DNA of 33,272 nt from a virus (IMGVR_UViG_3300049044_000064:1-33272); one strand, 5' to 3'; counted from the first letter of the stretch, positions 6,901-15,961 are shown. The notes: generated from the letters alone by a model not told the origin. Numbers and translations: made by a program.

Positions 6901-8868
6901 TTACATCTCGTACCAGAGATTGCCCTGGAACATCAGCAGCAGGGCATCATCCGCGGCGATCGAAAGGTTCGCCCGGGACTTGGTCCAGATCGGATAGGCC
7001 GGCGCCGAGGCCGCCTGGTTATGCCGAACAGTCAAGGCCGACTGGAAGCGGAGGGAGATGAAATCCCCCTCTTCGAAATCCGTTGAGGTGATGAGGTCGA
7101 TGGTCGTGGCGCCCGTAACCACGGCGCTATTGCCTACGCCCATCGTGATGGTGGCTGCACTTACGATATCGGCAGCCTTCAGGCGGTGCTGCCGGGAGAG
7201 GTAGGTTGAGGAATAGGACAACCGAGCGTTCGCCGCAAGGGTGGTGATGGCGGTACTTCCGTCCGTCTGGAAGGAGGCCAGCCAATCCCCGCTCATGTCC
7301 GTGAAGGCGGAATTGCTCTGAACGAGGTAGAGGTTCCCAGCCTCGCCGACGTAGACCCTGTAATACTTGGAGGCCGTAGTCGGGCGCAGGCGGAAAACCG
7401 CGAGGTTGGAGACGTTCGGATTTCCGGTCGGCCTTTTGACCGTGATGCATTCGCCGCGCTGGTTCTGGAAAATTCCCGAGGTCACCTGGATATAATGGCC
7501 GGTCGCCACGCCGACCCCAGTATAAGTGGGATTGCTGGAATTGGTAACTGTAAGTCCATTCAAGACCCTTGGAAAAATTCGGTTCTGCGGGGAAAGGGTT
7601 TGATCGTCCTCGTTCGCCACTCCTAAGAGGTGGGAGGTGCCGTAGGTGTCGTTCACGTTCTCGATGTCGGCGGAAACCGCAGTGTCGGAGAAGATATCCC
7701 CTCCCGAAACCATTACATTCTCGAAACGGACCTTTCCCTGGGTGGAATACCCTGACTGGTTCACCTTGTAGAGGGTGGGGGAACGGATTTTGTACAGCAT
7801 CCCGTTCTCGATCTTCATGTCCCAGACACCTTCATGCCGGAACAGATCGGAGGTGCAGTCCATGTTATAGGCGGTGATGCCGTCGACCTTCACCTGGCTT
7901 GCCTTTGAAGCATGGATCAGGTGCTCGGTGCAGAAGCAACCCTCCATGTACACGGTATTTAGCGTCAAGGCGGCGGCGCCTTCCGCCTTGATGAGGCTCT
8001 TTTGGCGGACGGTATAGGTAAGCCCATCCGTATAGGTCGCCATGCCCTCGAATTGGGTCGGGCCGATCTCGGTGGCTTGGGATGCCTGAATAAGCAAGGG
8101 AGATGATGGAGTAACGCCATTTGTTACTTCCGATCCCACACGATAAAAGTGCAGCGGCCCAATTTCGCACCCATTCATCGACTTCAGATCGACGGGGGCA
8201 TGGCCTTCATCCCATACATCCAGCCAATCGGTATTGGAGACGCCCGCGCCCGAGGCGCGAGGGGTCGAAGCATTGAAGCGGAGGTTTTTCAGGGTGGAGA
8301 GATAACCCGCTGTGATCTTGAGCAGGCCCATCGAATTGCGGAATTGAAGGTTGCGGAAGATACAGTTTTCATTCAGGTTCGCCGCGGAGATCAAGTAACG
8401 GGTATCGCCAGTCTGGTAGCCCTTGCCACGAACCTGGAAATCCTCGCAAACGATGAATCCCTCGCCACCCGTGTTGATGGTCATCAAGTCGCTCCATCCG
8501 GTCGGCACATGGCGGATCGTGGAAACGTCCGCGCCATGCCCCTTCAGGATGATGTTTCTTTGGGGCATATCAAGGGTGCTGATGCATTTCGCGGCGCCAA
8601 CAGGTAGGAGAACCACCCCGCCATTGGCATCCGCGCAGGCGTCCAGGGAGTCCTGAAGGGCTTGGTAATCGTTCGTTGAATCGTCGAACCGGGCGCCATA
8701 CCTGCGGGGATCGATGAAGAGGTCGATGCGGAAATAATTTCCGGCGTAGTCGCACCCCCACCATTCTTTTTCCGCAAGCCCGTACCCGATCTCCCCAGGC
8801 ATCAAGGCCAGGAGAAGGGTGTCCACGTCTGCGCGCTGCCGATGGCCGTATGAAAAAGGGACTTCCAT
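6901..8868 (-). CDS. Tailspike / receptor-binding protein with a pectate-lyase-like beta-helix (putative depolymerase)
   Basis: IDPRRYGARFDDSTNDYQALQDSLDAC...GGVVLLPVG...IILKGHG is a Pectate_lyase_3-type start, preceded by an N-terminal LMPGEIGY anchor motif. Confidence 0.85.
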   Translation of the reverse strand: MEVPFSYGHRQRADVDTLLLALMPGEIGYGLAEKEWWGCDYAGNYFRIDLFIDPRRYGARFDDSTNDYQALQDSLDACADANGGVVLLPVGAAKCISTLDMPQRNIILKGHGADVSTIRHVPTGWSDLMTINTGGEGFIVCEDFQVRGKGYQTGDTRYLISAANLNENCIFRNLQFRNSMGLLKITAGYLSTLKNLRFNASTPRASGAGVSNTDWLDVWDEGHAPVDLKSMNGCEIGPLHFYRVGSEVTNGVTPSSPLLIQASQATEIGPTQFEGMATYTDGLTYTVRQKSLIKAEGAAALTLNTVYMEGCFCTEHLIHASKASQVKVDGITAYNMDCTSDLFRHEGVWDMKIENGMLYKIRSPTLYKVNQSGYSTQGKVRFENVMVSGGDIFSDTAVSADIENVNDTYGTSHLLGVANEDDQTLSPQNRIFPRVLNGLTVTNSSNPTYTGVGVATGHYIQVTSGIFQNQRGECITVKRPTGNPNVSNLAVFRLRPTTASKYYRVYVGEAGNLYLVQSNSAFTDMSGDWLASFQTDGSTAITTLAANARLSYSSTYLSRQHRLKAADIVSAATITMGVGNSAVVTGATTIDLITSTDFEEGDFISLRFQSALTVRHNQAASAPAYPIWTKSRANLSIAADDALLLMFQGNLWYEM

Positions 8869-9708
8869 TTATCCTCCAGGAGTCCCGTGAATAGCGGGGG
8901 TTCCAGATGTGCCGGCAGAGAGGTGGTCGGCGTGGGTGTCGGCTCCGCCGGTCTCGGCGGAGAAATAGGGCGTGGCCTGGGAGAACGCGATCCGTAGGCG
9001 CCAGTCGGTGAAGTTTTCGCGGCCCAGGTCCTCCCATTCCAGAACGTGGCATTTCTGAAAGCGGCGATCGGACATGCGCGTCCCGAAGGGATATTCGATC
9101 CCGCCGAAGTTGGGGAACTGGATCGAGGTCCCGCGCACGGTCGAGAGGAGCGCGCGCCGGATGGCCTTCATCTCGGCCGTGGTCTGGGTGAATTCTCCAA
9201 TGAATACCCCGGCATCGGTCCGGTGATCCAGGTGGGACACGGCCCCGGAATAGCTGTACTTCCGGGTGATGTCGAAGGAGGAAGAGGCCCCGTACCTCCA
9301 GGATGACAGCCTGAGAGCGGAAAGGCTGGCGGTTCCCAAGAAGGTAGGGGCCAATAGGCGGAGGCGCAGGGGCATGCCGAACTGGGCAAAGGAGACCCTT
9401 TCGCAGTTCCCGTAATCGTCCACGGTCACGGTCAGGGGGCCGGAATAGTCGACATCCGCCCCGAAAATCTCCTCGCCCGCCCCGCAGGTGATGGCGAAGG
9501 TTTCCCGGTTCCCGTCGAGGACCGCTTCCAGGGTCTCCAGTTCGTCCTGAGGGCCCTTGAACACCACGGCACCCATATAGGCGTCCTGGGCCGCGCCGCG
9601 GTCTCTGGCGGCATGGTAGCCGTTGGCCAGGGGCTTGTATTCCACCGCCCATTGGGTCATGGGCTGATAGCCCCAGGTCGTAAAGACGGTTTCCCCATCC
9701 CAGATCAT
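8869..9708 (-). CDS. Distal tail (Dit-like) protein, 279 aa
   Basis: Lies downstream of the tape measure gene. ATG 9708 overlaps the upstream TGA (ATGA). The protein appears internally duplicated. Confidence 0.65.
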   Translation of the reverse strand: MIWDGETVFTTWGYQPMTQWAVEYKPLANGYHAARDRGAAQDAYMGAVVFKGPQDELETLEAVLDGNRETFAITCGAGEEIFGADVDYSGPLTVTVDDYGNCERVSFAQFGMPLRLRLLAPTFLGTASLSALRLSSWRYGASSSFDITRKYSYSGAVSHLDHRTDAGVFIGEFTQTTAEMKAIRRALLSTVRGTSIQFPNFGGIEYPFGTRMSDRRFQKCHVLEWEDLGRENFTDWRLRIAFSQATPYFSAETGGADTHADHLSAGTSGTPAIHGTPGG

Positions 9709-9953
9709 GGGAGCCTCGGCCGAATGTCCGGGCAGGAGAGGTTTCCCAGGGAATCCCGGCTGCACCCGCGCGGGGTCTGTTCCAGGGAATCAATGGACCG
9801 CTGCAGGCGCTTCTGGAGGGCCAGGGCGGTGTCCGGCTCGGCGGGGGGATCGTCGGTATAGGCCAAGGGAGGGCGCGGGTTGGAGCAGGCCGCCAGGAGG
9901 AGCAGGGACCAGACCACGACATGGGCAACCAGGTAGGCCACGATGCGGATCAC
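9705..9953 (-). CDS. Small lipoprotein (82 aa), o-spanin-like or exclusion lipoprotein
   Basis: GTG 9953 overlaps the tape measure TGA. Hydrophobic signal with lipobox LLAA-C, Pro-rich mature part with two more Cys. It is the 3' end of track ORF 9705..10448. Confidence 0.7.
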   Translation of the reverse strand: MIRIVAYLVAHVVVWSLLLLAACSNPRPPLAYTDDPPAEPDTALALQKRLQRSIDSLEQTPRGCSRDSLGNLSCPDIRPRLP

Positions 9954-12151
9954 TGGGCCACCCCGAAGTAGACCGCATCCCGGGTTGTATTGTCGTGCTT
10001 CCGCATCTTGGAATAGATGCCCTCGGCCGCTGCCTCGCCGAACCGGCGCGCGTCCTCGGAGGTGGATCCTGGGGGCATGTTGATGGTGATCCCGCCCGTG
10101 ATGGTCACCCCGCCGCCGCCCTGCCCGCGGCCGTTGGCCTGGGCGAATAGGTTGGCCTGCTGGCGCTGGGTCAGGATCATCTCCCGGGAATTCACCATGG
10201 CCGGCACCTTGTCCCCGGAGGTGGAATTCCCGCCGACGATACCGCCCTGGGCGAACTTCTGGGCGTTGATGACCGCCCCGCGCGCGAGACCGGCGCCGAC
10301 CGCCGCCGCCGCTGCCGCTGCACCCAGGAAGGGTCCGACGTAAGGGATGCCAGCCAGGGAGGCATAGGAAGCCGTCGCGCTGGCGTAGGTGTCGACCACG
10401 TTCTTGGAATGGGCTGCGACCTTGTAGGCCGTGCCGAAGGTCTTCCACCGGCTGGCCATCTGGTTCAGGTTGTCGGTGGTCGTGGCCAGCTGCGCCTGGG
10501 CCAGCTGCAGGTAGATCTGTTTCTTAGATTCGGACTCGGCCGCGGCGATCTGGACACGGGCATCGGCCAGGGCCTTCTCATCCAGGAGCCATTCGGCCGC
10601 TTCCTTCCGGAGGTTGTCGTAATGGGTGGAGTTCGTGGCCAGCTGGGCGTCCAGGCTGGACATGCCCATCTGCTGGATCTGGGCTTCGAACACGGCCTTT
10701 CCGGCCAGGTATTCGGCATCGCCGACCGCGTTCCGGCGCTTCAGCTGCTCTTGCAGGGCGCTCTCTGCTTCCAGCTTCAGCGCCTTCCGGTACTTGAGAT
10801 CGTTTTCCAGGGATTGGAGTTCCTTGGCGTCCGCCTTGCGCTGCGCCGCGGCCTTCAGCTGGGCATCGGTCAATGGATCGGCGCCGGGCTTCTTCGGGGG
10901 CGGGGCATCCGGCAGGCGCTTGGCTCCCTTGGGCGCGAACTTGTCATCGCCGAACGGGTTGCTGGCCGTCATCTTCTGGTGGAGGGCGGCGACCTTTTGG
11001 GCCACCGACTCATATTTCGCCAGCTGCTTTTCGGCTTCCTTGATGTTCTGCGCTTCCTCGTTGAACTCCTTGGCGGAGTCCCGGGCGGCGATGAAGGCCA
11101 CGCCCGCGGCCGTGACCGTGAGGCCCATGGCGAAAAGGAGGGGGTTGGCCATGGTCGCCAGCTGGATCGCGACGGCGATCCCCTTGATGGCCACGGCGAC
11201 GGCGACCAGCTTCTGAACGGCGAACACGGCGAGGAGGCCGGACCCGACCAGGGCCAGCTTGTCCACGTTCTCTACGGTGAACTGGACCGCATTGGCGAAG
11301 GTCTTGAACATGGACTCCAGCTTGCCGCTTTCCTTGGCGGAGGTGATGAAGGCCTGGACCTTCTTGGCGGATTCGGTGAGCACGGGCAACAGGGCGTTGC
11401 CCAGGTCTTCCTGGATGTCCCCGAGGACGTTCTGGAATTGCTTCAAGGGACCCAGGCCGGTCTTGGCCGTGGCGCGCGCAAGGCCTCCCATCTGGACCTC
11501 GAGCTCGCGCAGGATAATCTTCTGGGCGCTTTCGACATCGCCCACGCGCACGAAGGCCTTGATCAGCGCCTCCTGCTCCTTGGTCATCTGGACACCGACC
11601 CGGGACAGGGCGGAAATCCCTTCCACCGGTTCGTTCAGGGCTTTGCCCAGCTGGATGGCCGAGGACTTGAGATCAGACCCCAAGGCCGTCGACATGTTCA
11701 GGATCGTCTCGGTCGCCTGGGGGAAGACGTTTTTCCCGATCTTGGTGAAGGTCAGGAGCATGGACTGGCCGGCCAGGATGGCGTCATCCTCGAAGGTGGT
11801 CACCTTCTGCAGGCCCTGGGCCATCTGCTCCAGGCTTTCGAAGGTCACGCCGGCGGCGCCGCCCGTGGACTTGATGGCGGCTTGGACCTTGGCCTGCGCC
11901 TCCGCCGCTTCGCCGGCCGCGCGCACGGAATCCCGGATGACCCCGGCCACCTTGGAGAACACGAACAGGCCGGCCGCCGCCTTGGCGATCCCACCGATGG
12001 AAATCCCGGTCCGGTTCGCCTGACCCTCGACGGAAGCCAAAGCGCCCTCCATCTTCCGGCTCTGGCCTTGGACCACGGCTGCGGTCTTGGGGAAGCTGGT
12101 GGAAAGCCTATCCTTTGCCGCGATTTCAATTTCAACTCTACCGGCTTGCAT
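9950..12151 (-). CDS. Tail tape measure protein (733 aa)
   Basis: VEIEIAAKD N-terminus, Ala-rich helical body (AIQLGKALNEP), hydrophobic stretches, KFAQGGIVGG...GDKVPAMVNSREMIL C-terminal motif; follows the chaperone genes. Confidence 0.93.
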   Translation of the reverse strand: MQAGRVEIEIAAKDRLSTSFPKTAAVVQGQSRKMEGALASVEGQANRTGISIGGIAKAAAGLFVFSKVAGVIRDSVRAAGEAAEAQAKVQAAIKSTGGAAGVTFESLEQMAQGLQKVTTFEDDAILAGQSMLLTFTKIGKNVFPQATETILNMSTALGSDLKSSAIQLGKALNEPVEGISALSRVGVQMTKEQEALIKAFVRVGDVESAQKIILRELEVQMGGLARATAKTGLGPLKQFQNVLGDIQEDLGNALLPVLTESAKKVQAFITSAKESGKLESMFKTFANAVQFTVENVDKLALVGSGLLAVFAVQKLVAVAVAIKGIAVAIQLATMANPLLFAMGLTVTAAGVAFIAARDSAKEFNEEAQNIKEAEKQLAKYESVAQKVAALHQKMTASNPFGDDKFAPKGAKRLPDAPPPKKPGADPLTDAQLKAAAQRKADAKELQSLENDLKYRKALKLEAESALQEQLKRRNAVGDAEYLAGKAVFEAQIQQMGMSSLDAQLATNSTHYDNLRKEAAEWLLDEKALADARVQIAAAESESKKQIYLQLAQAQLATTTDNLNQMASRWKTFGTAYKVAAHSKNVVDTYASATASYASLAGIPYVGPFLGAAAAAAAVGAGLARGAVINAQKFAQGGIVGGNSTSGDKVPAMVNSREMILTQRQQANLFAQANGRGQGGGGVTITGGITINMPPGSTSEDARRFGEAAAEGIYSKMRKHDNTTRDAVYFGVAQ

Positions 12152-12518
12152 GCTTACCCGTCATTTTCGAAAGGTTGGCGTGAAGCTTCGAAACGTCCGC
12201 ATTCCGGCGATCCCGGGCGCGCGCGTAGGCCGAATGCACGGTTTCGCAAAAGGCGACCGCATCCACAAAGGCCGCGGACTGCTGCAGGTATCCCCCGGGC
12301 ACGGGCATGATGCCGTGGTTTTTCAACCACTGATAGGCCTGGAACAGGCTTTCGCCCTCCTCGGTAATCAGGCCCGAAGGCCGCTGCGATTCCCTGATCC
12401 ATCCCTTTTTGCATCCTTCGCATCCATCCCCCAAGCAGCATTCGCAAAGCCTATCCCACCCCTCCGCATCCGGTTTCACGTCGCCGTGGAACAGGAGGGA
12501 GAGGATCAGGAGTTTTTT
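12138..12518 (-). CDS. Tail assembly chaperone gpT-like frame (read by -1 frameshift)
   Basis: The -1 frame after A AAA AAC reads KLLILSLLFHGDVKPDAEG... into track ORF 12138..12479 and contains MPVPGGYLQQ. Confidence 0.8.
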   Translation of the reverse strand, partial: KKLLILSLLFHGDVKPDAEGWDRLCECCLGDGCEGCKKGWIRESQRPSGLITEEGESLFQAYQWLKNHGIMPVPGGYLQQSAAFVDAVAFCETVHSAYARARDRRNADVSKLHANLSKMTGKHASR

Positions 12519-12892
12519 GCTTCAGCCCCCTTGACCGTGGCGTCGACGCCCGAGGCGACCAGGGCGGCCAGGTCATCCATGGTTTTGGAATCCAGGTAAT
12601 CCAGGCAGGACATCTTCCACGGCCGCTTGTTCCCGACGATGGGCACAGCCTTTTCGTCCCGCTGGAACACGATCGGATTCCCCTTCTGGTCGAAGAAGTT
12701 GCGGGGGGCACCCATCCCGAGGTGCAGGGCATAGATGGTGTAGCTGCCGATGGAATGTCGCAGGTTCAGCATGAACGCGCGCTCCTCGGCGGACAGTTGG
12801 CAAATCGGGAATACCGTCTGCTTCTCGACGGGAAGGATCTTGTCCTCCTCGAAAATGTGATCGAAGGTTGCGTTTGGATCTGCCGCTCTCAT
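12506..12892 (-). CDS. Tail assembly chaperone gpG-like (128 aa)
   Basis: Lies between the tail tube and tape measure genes and ends GCA AAA AAC TCC TGA. Confidence 0.85.
   Translation of the reverse strand: MRAADPNATFDHIFEEDKILPVEKQTVFPICQLSAEERAFMLNLRHSIGSYTIYALHLGMGAPRNFFDQKGNPIVFQRDEKAVPIVGNKRPWKMSCLDYLDSKTMDDLAALVASGVDATVKGAEAKNS
12512..12518 (-). other. Programmed -1 ribosomal frameshift site A AAA AAC
   Basis: In-frame X XXY YYZ heptamer one codon before the gpG stop; the -1 frame stays open to 12138. Confidence 0.8.
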
Positions 12893-12903
12893 GGCATGCC
12901 CCT

Positions 12904-13110
12904 TTATTTGATGATGGTGTTCTTCAGGAAATTGCGAAGGCTTTCCAGTGCCCCGGAGGTGAATGCAATACCCACCCCCAATCCCACTTTCTTGTAGTCG
13001 AAATGCCCGTTCTTCAGCGCATCTTCAAGGACGATGGCGGCAGCCGTGCCGCCCGCCACGACGGCAACGATCCCGGCCTTTTGCAGATTCTTTTTCCAAC
13101 TGAATTCCAT
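12904..13110 (-). CDS. Putative holin (68 aa, two hydrophobic segments)
   Basis: AGIVAVVAGGTAAAIVL and VGLGVGIAFTSGAL segments, basic termini, AAGGGG SD. Confidence 0.55.
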   Translation of the reverse strand: MEFSWKKNLQKAGIVAVVAGGTAAAIVLEDALKNGHFDYKKVGLGVGIAFTSGALESLRNFLKNTIIK

Positions 13111-13119
13111 GGTATCCCC

Positions 13120-14274
13120 TTAGATGAACAGCATTTCGAATTCGTCTTCGCTGCTCGAAGCTGCGCCGGTGAGGGCCAGGACCACGGACAGATTCCGGAT
13201 CCCCTCGTTGTCTTCCATGCCGATGGATTCTATTTGGGCGTAGTCGCCGTAGAAGGCGAAGATTTTGCCCGGGGTCGCACCGACCTGGAATCCGGTCGCG
13301 ATCTTGGTGTTCGCGTCCAGGGTGCCGAAGAAGTCGTAATCCGCCTCATCTTCATGCTCGAGCACGATGGTCATCTTGGGTTCCCGGGCGGTGATGCGCG
13401 CGGTTTCGAAACCGGAGTCGCCGGCCGCGTTCCCATTCTCGCGGAGCACGACGTTATTTCCCAAGTCGATATTGATGGACCGGAACACGGGGGCGAAGGT
13501 CCCGAGGAACAGGCCGGCCGTCTGCATGATGGGCGGCTCCTCCTCGTCGAAGTCGATAGAGGCCGTGAGGGCCTGGTCACCGTAGGACTGCTTGGGGCCG
13601 TTCAGGCTGAATTCGAACATGCCCGCCCGGCTGGATTGGAACTCGGCGGTCAGGTTGCCCATTGCTCCACGGGCGGTCCATTCGTACCCGTCCTCTTCAT
13701 AGCGGGCGGTGACCGTCTTCATGGCAGAGGAAATCGGGTTCACGCGCCAGCCCCAGAGCGCGGAGATGCCCGAGGAGGTGGCGGAAGCGCCCCCGGTAAA
13801 GGTCAAGGCTTCGGCCTGGAAGGTGCCGGAAGTGATGGCGAAATAGACATGGGTGTCGCCGTTGACCGCCTTCTTGACCACGCGGCCCACGGCGGCGGAG
13901 GTGCCGCCGGTCATGGTCGCCCCGCGGGCGATGGGGCCGGAGGTGATGGCCCCGATCGGGATCCGGCGGAGGGCGGTGATGCCGAGGCCGCAGGCTTCAA
14001 GGGAAGCGGCGAACTCCAAGGCGTCGGTGATGGTGTCGGGGGTGTTCACCTCGCACTTGTAGGACATGGGGATGGCCTTGGTGCTGGAGAGCATGCCGAG
14101 ATTCGTCAGGGTCGCGCGGGCGATGTCCCGCTTTTCCTTGGGCGCCTCGTAATTGGCGGAGGCCCCGACGTAGACGCGGGTCTTCCCCTCGGCGGCCGTG
14201 AGCGTTTCGGCGGTGCCGGCGGTGGCTTCGGTCTTCACCAGGACTTGCGATTTACGGACCAGCTTCTCGGCCAT
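13120..14274 (-). CDS. Major tail (tube) protein (384 aa)
   Basis: VLVKTEATAG N-terminus, SLEACG, ARGAMGNLT and SINIDLGNNVVLRE...ARITAREP tail-tube motifs; lies upstream of the chaperones; no sheath gene present. Confidence 0.85.
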   Translation of the reverse strand: MAEKLVRKSQVLVKTEATAGTAETLTAAEGKTRVYVGASANYEAPKEKRDIARATLTNLGMLSSTKAIPMSYKCEVNTPDTITDALEFAASLEACGLGITALRRIPIGAITSGPIARGATMTGGTSAAVGRVVKKAVNGDTHVYFAITSGTFQAEALTFTGGASATSSGISALWGWRVNPISSAMKTVTARYEEDGYEWTARGAMGNLTAEFQSSRAGMFEFSLNGPKQSYGDQALTASIDFDEEEPPIMQTAGLFLGTFAPVFRSINIDLGNNVVLRENGNAAGDSGFETARITAREPKMTIVLEHEDEADYDFFGTLDANTKIATGFQVGATPGKIFAFYGDYAQIESIGMEDNEGIRNLSVVLALTGAASSSEDEFEMLFI

Positions 14275-14275
14275 G

Positions 14276-14725
14276 TTACTCCCCTCCCGGATTCGTCTTC
14301 AGTTGACGGAACCGGATGTTGAAATTGACGGTGACCTGGACGGGATAGGCCCGGACCAGGCGGTAGGTTTTGGATGCCCCGGTGAAATCGGCGAAGGTCA
14401 TCCCCACGGCCTGCAAGGCGTCGTGGAGGCTGTTCATCAGCTTCTTGATGTCGTTCGTGACCTGGATGGCCTGGTCATCCGGCGCCAGGGTGACGGACTT
14501 GGGCACCAGAACTCGGAAGGACAGGGGCGCGTCGATCGTGTACTTGCCGACTACGGTTTCCCCGGGGGGCAGGCCGGTCTCCTCCTGGAAATCCAGGTAG
14601 ACCAGCGGCAGGCCGGAATCCACGGGCGGGATCACGTCCACGGCGCCATAGGCGAAGTTGTAGGTGGGGGTCGCCATGGCGTCCACGCCCGCGGCGATCA
14701 TGGTGGCGATCGAATAGGGGATCAC
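14276..14725 (-). CDS. Tail completion/terminator-like protein (149 aa)
   Basis: Immediately upstream of the tube gene; LPLVYLDFQEE and C-terminal VTVNFNIRF beta pattern. Confidence 0.6.
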   Translation of the reverse strand: MIPYSIATMIAAGVDAMATPTYNFAYGAVDVIPPVDSGLPLVYLDFQEETGLPPGETVVGKYTIDAPLSFRVLVPKSVTLAPDDQAIQVTNDIKKLMNSLHDALQAVGMTFADFTGASKTYRLVRAYPVQVTVNFNIRFRQLKTNPGGE

Positions 14726-15033
14726 CGGCGCCTCACTTCGCGCAGGATTTCCTTCTGGTCGGCCCGGGATTCCTTTTGGGACTCCTCAATGCTGATCAGG
14801 CGGCGGGAAACATCTTCCTTCCAGCCTTCCATACCGGCCATTTTCACGGGAAGCAGCTTCAATGCTTCCATTTCTTTCGCGAGGGTGTCCAAGCGCTCGG
14901 ACTTGGCGCCGGCGCTGCTCACGGCCGAAACCAAGACCAGAACGAGACCCGCGCATGCGATAAGGGTGGCGACCTTCCAGCGGATGGGGGTGCCGTGATC
15001 GTCAACAAGACCGTGAATCTGGGCTTCGTTCAT
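14722..15033 (-). CDS. Single-TM coiled-coil membrane protein (103 aa), possible lysis component
   Basis: ATG 15033 overlaps the upstream TGA. TM segment VATLIACAGLVLVLVSAV is followed by a heptad-rich tail. Confidence 0.65.
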   Translation of the reverse strand: MNEAQIHGLVDDHGTPIRWKVATLIACAGLVLVLVSAVSSAGAKSERLDTLAKEMEALKLLPVKMAGMEGWKEDVSRRLISIEESQKESRADQKEILREVRRR

Positions 15034-15452
15034 ACTTCCTCCGCTTCCGGATGGGACATGGCGAACACGGTCTGGTAATACCACAGGCCCTTCGCTTCCT
15101 TGAGGATGCTCCGGCGGACCGGGTAGAGGACGGTGGCCTGGGCGATGTCGGGCACGGTGAAGCCGGTCAGGGCCTTACGCAGGGCTTCCAGGTGGGCATA
15201 AATCCCGCCGTGCTTGGTCAGGTGACGGTAGATGGAAACGACCACCCATTCCACGCGGGATTCCTGGATGATGACGCCCTGGCGGTTCGCGACCGGTTCG
15301 GCGTACTCGGTCGACTCGAAGCGGACAAGGTGAACCAGTTCCAGATGGGAGGGCACGAACATTTCCGGATCCTCGGGGAAGGATTCCGCCCTGGCTCCGG
15401 TCTCGGTTTTGATCTGCGCGATGATGGCGAGCTCGGCCGCTTCGATATTCAT
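15030..15452 (-). CDS. Mu gp37-like head-tail/tail completion protein (140 aa)
   Basis: Follows the gp36-like gene; ESFPEDPE, LEALRKALTGF and GLWYYQTVF motifs. Confidence 0.75.
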   Translation of the reverse strand: MNIEAAELAIIAQIKTETGARAESFPEDPEMFVPSHLELVHLVRFESTEYAEPVANRQGVIIQESRVEWVVVSIYRHLTKHGGIYAHLEALRKALTGFTVPDIAQATVLYPVRRSILKEAKGLWYYQTVFAMSHPEAEEV

Positions 15453-15889
15453 CAGAAGGTGTCCAGCTTGCAGGAGTCGAACACGCGATCGGTTGTGGCC
15501 TTGTTGGTCTTGAATACCCCGCCGTTATTGGCCACGGAATCCGGATCGCCGATCATGTTCTTGCCATCCCGGATGCCTTCCAGGAAGCGAATCGCCTCCT
15601 TGTACATCGCGGCCATGGCGTCGGTGGGCTCGAATTCCAGGCGGCGCTGGTAGAGCTGGTAGATGGTCAGGTTGGCCGATATCCGGCGGATGATGGCGGG
15701 AAAGGGGGTGATGTCCAGGGGAACGGTATGTTTCCCGCGGAGGTACGAGTCGATGATGTCATCGGCGTCGGAAATGGCTTGCGTGACCCGGGCTGCATTG
15801 ACCATGCCCGTTTCCTCGTCATCGGTCACCTGGATCAGGTTCCGCTCGGGAATCGCTTTCTTCAGGTCCGCGAGTGTGCAATAGGCCAT
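15452..15889 (-). CDS. Mu gp36-like head-tail adaptor (DUF1320)
   Basis: MAYCTLADL...AISDADDIIDSYL...VPL...YKEAIRFLEGIRDGK signature. Confidence 0.9.
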   Translation of the reverse strand: MAYCTLADLKKAIPERNLIQVTDDEETGMVNAARVTQAISDADDIIDSYLRGKHTVPLDITPFPAIIRRISANLTIYQLYQRRLEFEPTDAMAAMYKEAIRFLEGIRDGKNMIGDPDSVANNGGVFKTNKATTDRVFDSCKLDTF

Positions 15890-15900
15890 TCATCCGCTCC

Positions 15901-15937
15901 AATAAAAGGGGCGGGCCAGCATGATACCGCCCGCCCC
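15901..15937 (-). terminator. Rho-independent terminator after the major capsid gene
   Basis: On the minus strand, GGGGCGGGC-N12-GCCCGCCCC followed by TTTTATT. Confidence 0.8.
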
Positions 15938-15961
15938 CGATGTTCAATCCATGCGCACCGA

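Noticed and set aside
5092-7086. 664-aa + strand ORF, and similar long ORFs 10409..12310, 12868..14322, 15728..16936, 17393..18352 and 30499..31434
   Set aside because: Antisense shadows of well-supported minus-strand genes, expected from high-GC codon bias; no motifs.
8570-10448. 452-aa (8570..9928) and 247-aa (9705..10448) same-strand alternative-frame ORFs
   Set aside because: Arg/Pro/Gly-rich off-frame reads. Only the last 82 codons of the second (lipoprotein from GTG 9953) are supported.
13120-14274. Contractile tail sheath, as in Mu
   Set aside because: The motifs fit a tube protein; no sheath or baseplate wedge (gpJ/gp47-like) genes are present.
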